Part shown: positions 59,289 through 64,000 of the stretch, in pieces
How the letters are laid out: each line of letters starts with the position of its first letter
How positions within the stretch are numbered: the stretch's first letter is position 1
Assembly: GCA_050575255.1 (NCBI GenBank)
Contig: JBNZDD010013611.1
Location: 2,011,479 to 2,075,478 of the forward strand
Direction: 5' to 3'
Length of the DNA: 64,000 bases
DNA from: Harriotta raleighana
Taxonomy: Eukaryota
Program-made: the position numbers and the translations under genes
The notes under the pieces: model-generated
The model's database searches: none
Seen by the model: only the letters and a program-made list of their open reading frames with translations
What the model was told of the DNA's origin: nothing

Positions 59289-61959
59289 TATCTGATGTGT
59301 GTTTACACTGGATTCAAAGCCAGCAGTGTTTTCCCTGCCTCACTCTCAAAAAAAAGTAAAGGTTATACACTGTGGGTTTCAGACATCAGCTAAAATTGTT
59401 CCACAAGGCAGTCCATGAAGTCCACTTATTTGGTGTTTCAAACACAACTTGTTTTTAACATTAAAACAATCCCAAATATTCTGGATTGCAAGCTGTACCA
59501 CCAGGTTAAACTCCTTTGCCAAGCAATGTGTTTCAAAGTGCCCCTGAGCCAACTGAGATCATTTAACATTACGGGGGTAATTGAATCATTTGAAGCCAAT
59601 GAAATGATGTATTGATAATAATACAGGCACTGAACTTGTAGTTATTGATAACTGCACAAATGGGAGGCAGTTGGATAGATAGGAATCTTATGTTAAATCA
59701 AAATCTGACACAATTTTGGAATATACTTTCGGATATGTTTTAAAAAAAAGGTCTTCTAATGCTGAAAATATCTATGTTTCTACACCTGTCAACTTCCATC
59801 AGACTGCATGAACTCAGTGCACACAACCTTTATTCCTCACAGTGCAGTAGCTGAATCACTGAGCCTTAATCTCCTTCATCCCCTCCGACAGAGCAATAAA
59901 ACCCTTTTCTCTTTCAATCCTTCCATGACCCAGCTTGCTTATCTTTGATGGGAAATCAGATATTTAATTTATATAGAGCTTATGAGCATGGAAACTCAAG
60001 CTGAGTGGAACACAACACGCACACAAGGCTGTTTAGACTTTTTAACGTGATGGATTTGCATTACATTGTGTGGTTATAAATGAGAGTGACCTACTCCGAA
60101 TTCTGGTACCAATTCCAACAGATCCAACAAAACTTAGAATGGATCCACTGGTCCAATGAATTCTGAGTAGCATATTTTCCAACAGTGGTGAAAAGCAATC
60201 AATCAATTAAAATTACATTTATATAGCCCCTTTCACGTTGGGAGGACGTCCCAAGCACAGCAAAAAGCTGATCAAAATATCTAGTATCATCAACTAAAGG
60301 TTCTTGATATCAAAGGCATTTGATGTAGCACCTTAGGTGAGTGGGTTGGTGGCAGGGTTAACCTGAAGATAAAGAACATTGCCAGGTGCTTTCACACAAC
60401 TTCTGACAGTCAGGTCTGAATGATATGACAGAATAAAGGGAAACCGACGGTCTATATGTTTTCTATGCCACAACTGTGTTGTGTGGAAAGAATCATAGAA
60501 AGTCTTCAGAGACCAGTCTTGGCTATGCTGGTAAGAGCAACATTAAGATGTATAAGTTCGGTACTGATATTTTAAATACTGTAAAACTCAATATACTGTA
60601 TAGTTTTCACTACATGCTTTGGTAAACCACATGCAGCTCAGAAGTCTACTGATGAAGCATACCATTCATAGTTCAGGTTCAGAAGATATAAAACGCTGCA
60701 TCAACTCAGAAATAAAATACAGCAGTGGTTGATAGATGTGGGCACTTAAGAATCTGGTGACCTAATTTATTGCCTAAGCAAAGCCTAATTTGTTAGAGTA
60801 TTCTGCACATATCTGCAGACTTCAGCAGCAGTATCTGAATGCAATGGCCACTACCTCACTTGGCATGGCTCCTTGGGACGACTTCTTACTGACATGCTTT
60901 ACAACAGGTCACAGTGATCTCATTCGACAGTCTCCATGGATACTTTTAACAGGAACAATTTACTCAATTACATTAGCTACTCTCGGATGACACTGTAGTG
61001 CAGTGTATAGCCTGGGCTTTAAATTGCACAAAAGTCATTTTAAACAAAAACACACTTGAAATCGATGGGGAGTCCACTGCAGTTCATATAATCATGCAGT
61101 AATATTACATGACCACAAGGTGTCATGAGATCCGTGGAATCGGGTCCTTACATTTTTTTGTGTACATCGCTGGTTCTTATAGACGCTCAATAATTCTGGA
61201 GAGATACGCGTCCATCAGGGTTAGATTTAAACTTTGCAGGAAAAAATCCTAATACGCCAAATCAGAGTCAGCACATATGGAGAAAAATAAATCTAGAGAT
61301 ACCTGTGCCTTTAAGCCCAAACCTCGTGATCGATCCTTTTCCACAGCCTATATATAGCTCATCATGTGATGATTTTCAGACCTTTCTTTCAGCAGAAGCA
61401 AATCAGGCAGGATATTGAAACCAGTAGGAAATCAATTCAACAACAGCAACAAAATTACATTTGTATAAGCATCGTTCACGTCAGAAGGAAGTCCCAAGGC
61501 GCTGGACAGTCAATATTTCAGACCATTCAATCAGAATAAACGATTTGCAGAGCCAAGGCCTGTGACAATTGCAACTAGCCATCAGAATCAAGGTTCAAGA
61601 TTAATATTAAACATGATTTTGCAACGTAACATAGTGAAATCCAAACCTTGCAACTAATAAGCCACAACGATCCTGATTTATTTATTTTGGGGGTTGGAAG
61701 AAGATATGTGTGGATCAATTTACATTAGGATTGAAGGCTATTTCATCTAAAAAGCCAAACATTCTACCTTTCTTCCTCATTTATTTTTTCCCCCGAAATG
61801 GGCAATTCTCCCATGGGACATCCCAAGGTATCAATGGTCTAGAGCACGGTCATCACTCATTTGTTTATGACTCCAATATAGAACACCTCTGCAAAACTAC
61901 GACTGTTTTATTTTACAAGCAGAAATTAAGAACATGTTTGTTCTCATGCCAAACAAACT

Positions 61960-62830
61960 AGGACTCAGCCGCTATTACCCCATGTTTCCCTCTTCACTCT
62001 AAAAACAGCTGTCATCACCTCATCCTGAAAAAACCTTCATTGGACCCATCCCTGCTCTCCAGCTACCGCCCCATCTCCAACATCCCATTCCTCTCTAAGG
62101 CCCTGGAATGAGTCGTTGCTTCCCAGCTTCGCTCCTTTCTCTCTCCCCACTCCCTCTTCGAACCCCTGCAATCTGCCTTCTGTGCTGCCCACAGCACGGA
62201 GACAGCCCTGGTCAAAGTCTCTAATGACATTCTAAACATCAGGGTTCTCTGCCTCCTTGTCCTCCTCGATCTCTCTGTTGCCTTCGACACTGCCAATCCA
62301 TCCTCCTACACCTCCTCTCCTCCCATTTCAACCTGCACGGATCTGCCCTTGTCTGGTTCGACTCCTACCTTTCTCACCTCCACTTTGTTGCCACTAACGG
62401 CTTCTCTTCCAGCCCCCACACAGTCACCTATGGCATCCCCAGTGCTCTGTCCTTTGCCCCCTACTTTTTAACATCATCCGCAGACATCATCCGCATAACA
62501 TCAACTGACAGCTCCCCATCACCCAGAGGATCCAATTCAAGATGCTGGTCCTCACAATCAAAGCCCTCCTCAGCCTCGCTCCACTCTACATCTGCGATCT
62601 CCTAACCCCTTTCCAACCTGCCCATCCCCTTTGCTCAGCAGGCTCCGGCCTGCTCCATATCCCCCAACCCACCCAACCTATCATCTGTATGCAAGCCTTC
62701 AGTCACCCCAAATCCCACGCTTTCCCTCCACCGACCCCAGTTCAGGTCTGAAACAATGACTGTCCAGTGCCTTGGGACGTCTTCTTGACTTGAAAGGTTC
62801 TATACAAGTGTAATTTTGTTGTTCTTGTTA
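61960..62830 (+). mobile_element. L2 LINE reverse transcriptase relic with internal deletion and 3' end
   Basis: ILKKPSLDPSLLSSYRPISNIPFLSKALE*VVASQL..LQSAFCAAHSTETALVKVSNDIL..LLVLLDLSVAFDT, later RIQFKMLVLTIKALLSLAPLYICDLL, and tail gtgccttgggacgtc..gaaaggttctata. Confidence 0.9.
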
Positions 62831-64000
62831 GTTGGAAGTCCTCAGTTGCCAAATTTGGTCACAAGAAAGCTTGCTCATTCAATATACTTTTAAGCACGAG
62901 TGAAAAGCTGACCTAGTTCATAAATCCGGGTATCCTAAGACGAAGCTGAGTGAAATAAAATGAAATGTTCCCTTATGCCAAAGTGAAATGGCCTTTATTT
63001 ATCCAGGTAGACTTTACAAAGAACAGATTTTCTTTTTGTCTCTGTCAATCATATCAAATCATGACTACCCTTTCAATAACTAAGGTATGAATAGCAGCTA
63101 GCTAGGACACCAGAGGTGTGGAATGTATTTAGCTTTATATGATAATAATCTTTGCATTTGATGTAGCACCTTAACATGTCATTCAGACAAACCAATTGCT
63201 TCACAGGATATGGGGCAAAGTGATGTGAATCTGTGGACTTTGTAAACAAAGGTTTTAGTCTGTAGAAGGAAATTGTTTGGTATCCAAATTAAGACTGAAT
63301 TCAAAGTAATTTACAATTCTGCACAATCTTAAATTCTAAGACGGAACGCCTTTAAGATTGGGATAAAACTAATGGCTTTTCATGTCATGGTTACAGTCTG
63401 GAGCAGAATTTAGGAGAAAGATCAAAGAATCACATATATGTGATCATCATAGATCATTCAATATCAACCTGGTCCTCTCTTTCCTCACCTTCAGAAAGAC
63501 TGGCAGTGGTCAGAAAGAGCAATGAAAAAGACATGTTCACAAATCTCTTGCCAGGGGATAAAAGATTGACAAGTCTTCCAGTCTCAATTGAGTGCCTAGC
63601 CTCTGATCCGAGGGCAGAAGACTCTCAAATAAGCTTTCCCTAACTAGAGGCAAAACAATAATCTCTGTGTCATCCTAACAGAGGGTCAAGTGTGCTTAAC
63701 CCCCACCTCCCACCAGTTTATGCATTTCATCACTTCAGCTATGGACTTAGATAAGGGGGAGGGTGGAGCGGGGAGTTTAAGTATCATAATGTTACAAGGC
63801 TGCTCTCACAAAGCCTGTGGGCACGAGCTTTACATCTACCTGCTGTCACCATACAGAAAGGGTTATAATTGTTAAAGAAGTTGGTGGTTATTACTCTGAC
63901 ATCCAGCAATAGACTATTATTTCACGATCCTCAAACTTCTACAAAAGAAAGAGACCAATAAAGCAATCGGTTGTACGAGTTTCATAAACAGTTTGACATT

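Noticed and set aside
63300-63534. Immunoglobulin/TCR V gene suggested by a 46 nt phase-1 leader-like exon
   Set aside because: No V-domain frame (conserved Cys, Trp, YxC) or recombination signal sequence downstream
1-64000. A novel multi-gene system such as a defence island or operon
   Set aside because: No intact non-transposon ORFs; content is explained by vertebrate repeats, unique non-coding DNA and assembly artefacts

Overview
Vertebrate genomic DNA, not prokaryotic: AT-rich, CpG-depleted and dominated by repeats. The repeat mix (CR1 and L2 LINEs, SacSINE1/Deu-domain SINEs, an abundant tRNA-Ala-headed SINE, a Penelope-like element) points to a cartilaginous fish, probably a chimaera/elephant-shark relative; this is an inference. 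I found no intact protein-coding gene and no host exon I can recognise, so the window looks intronic or intergenic. Most ORFs in the track are chance ORFs, transposon antisense frames or frames running through N gaps. Recognisable coding relics are CR1 ORF1 esterase, ORF2 endonuclease and C-terminus; L2 reverse transcriptase; a Penelope GIY-YIG C-terminus followed by a degenerate hammerhead ribozyme core; a hAT (Charlie/Buster-type) transposase; and two copies of a non-LTR element with a CCHC knuckle. There are also a hAT MITE and a Tigger/pogo-like MITE, each nested in a SINE, and a probable non-autonomous Helitron. Several near-exact tandem duplications sit on N characters and are most likely assembly or haplotype artefacts. 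I see no convincing new biological system. The best leads concern RNA structure and transposon interactions: a covarying 3' stem-loop shared by L2 and SINE tails, the hammerhead, inverted SINE pairs, and repeated insertions into the SINE body. Family names come from motif recognition and recall, not database searches, and many repeat boundaries are approximate.
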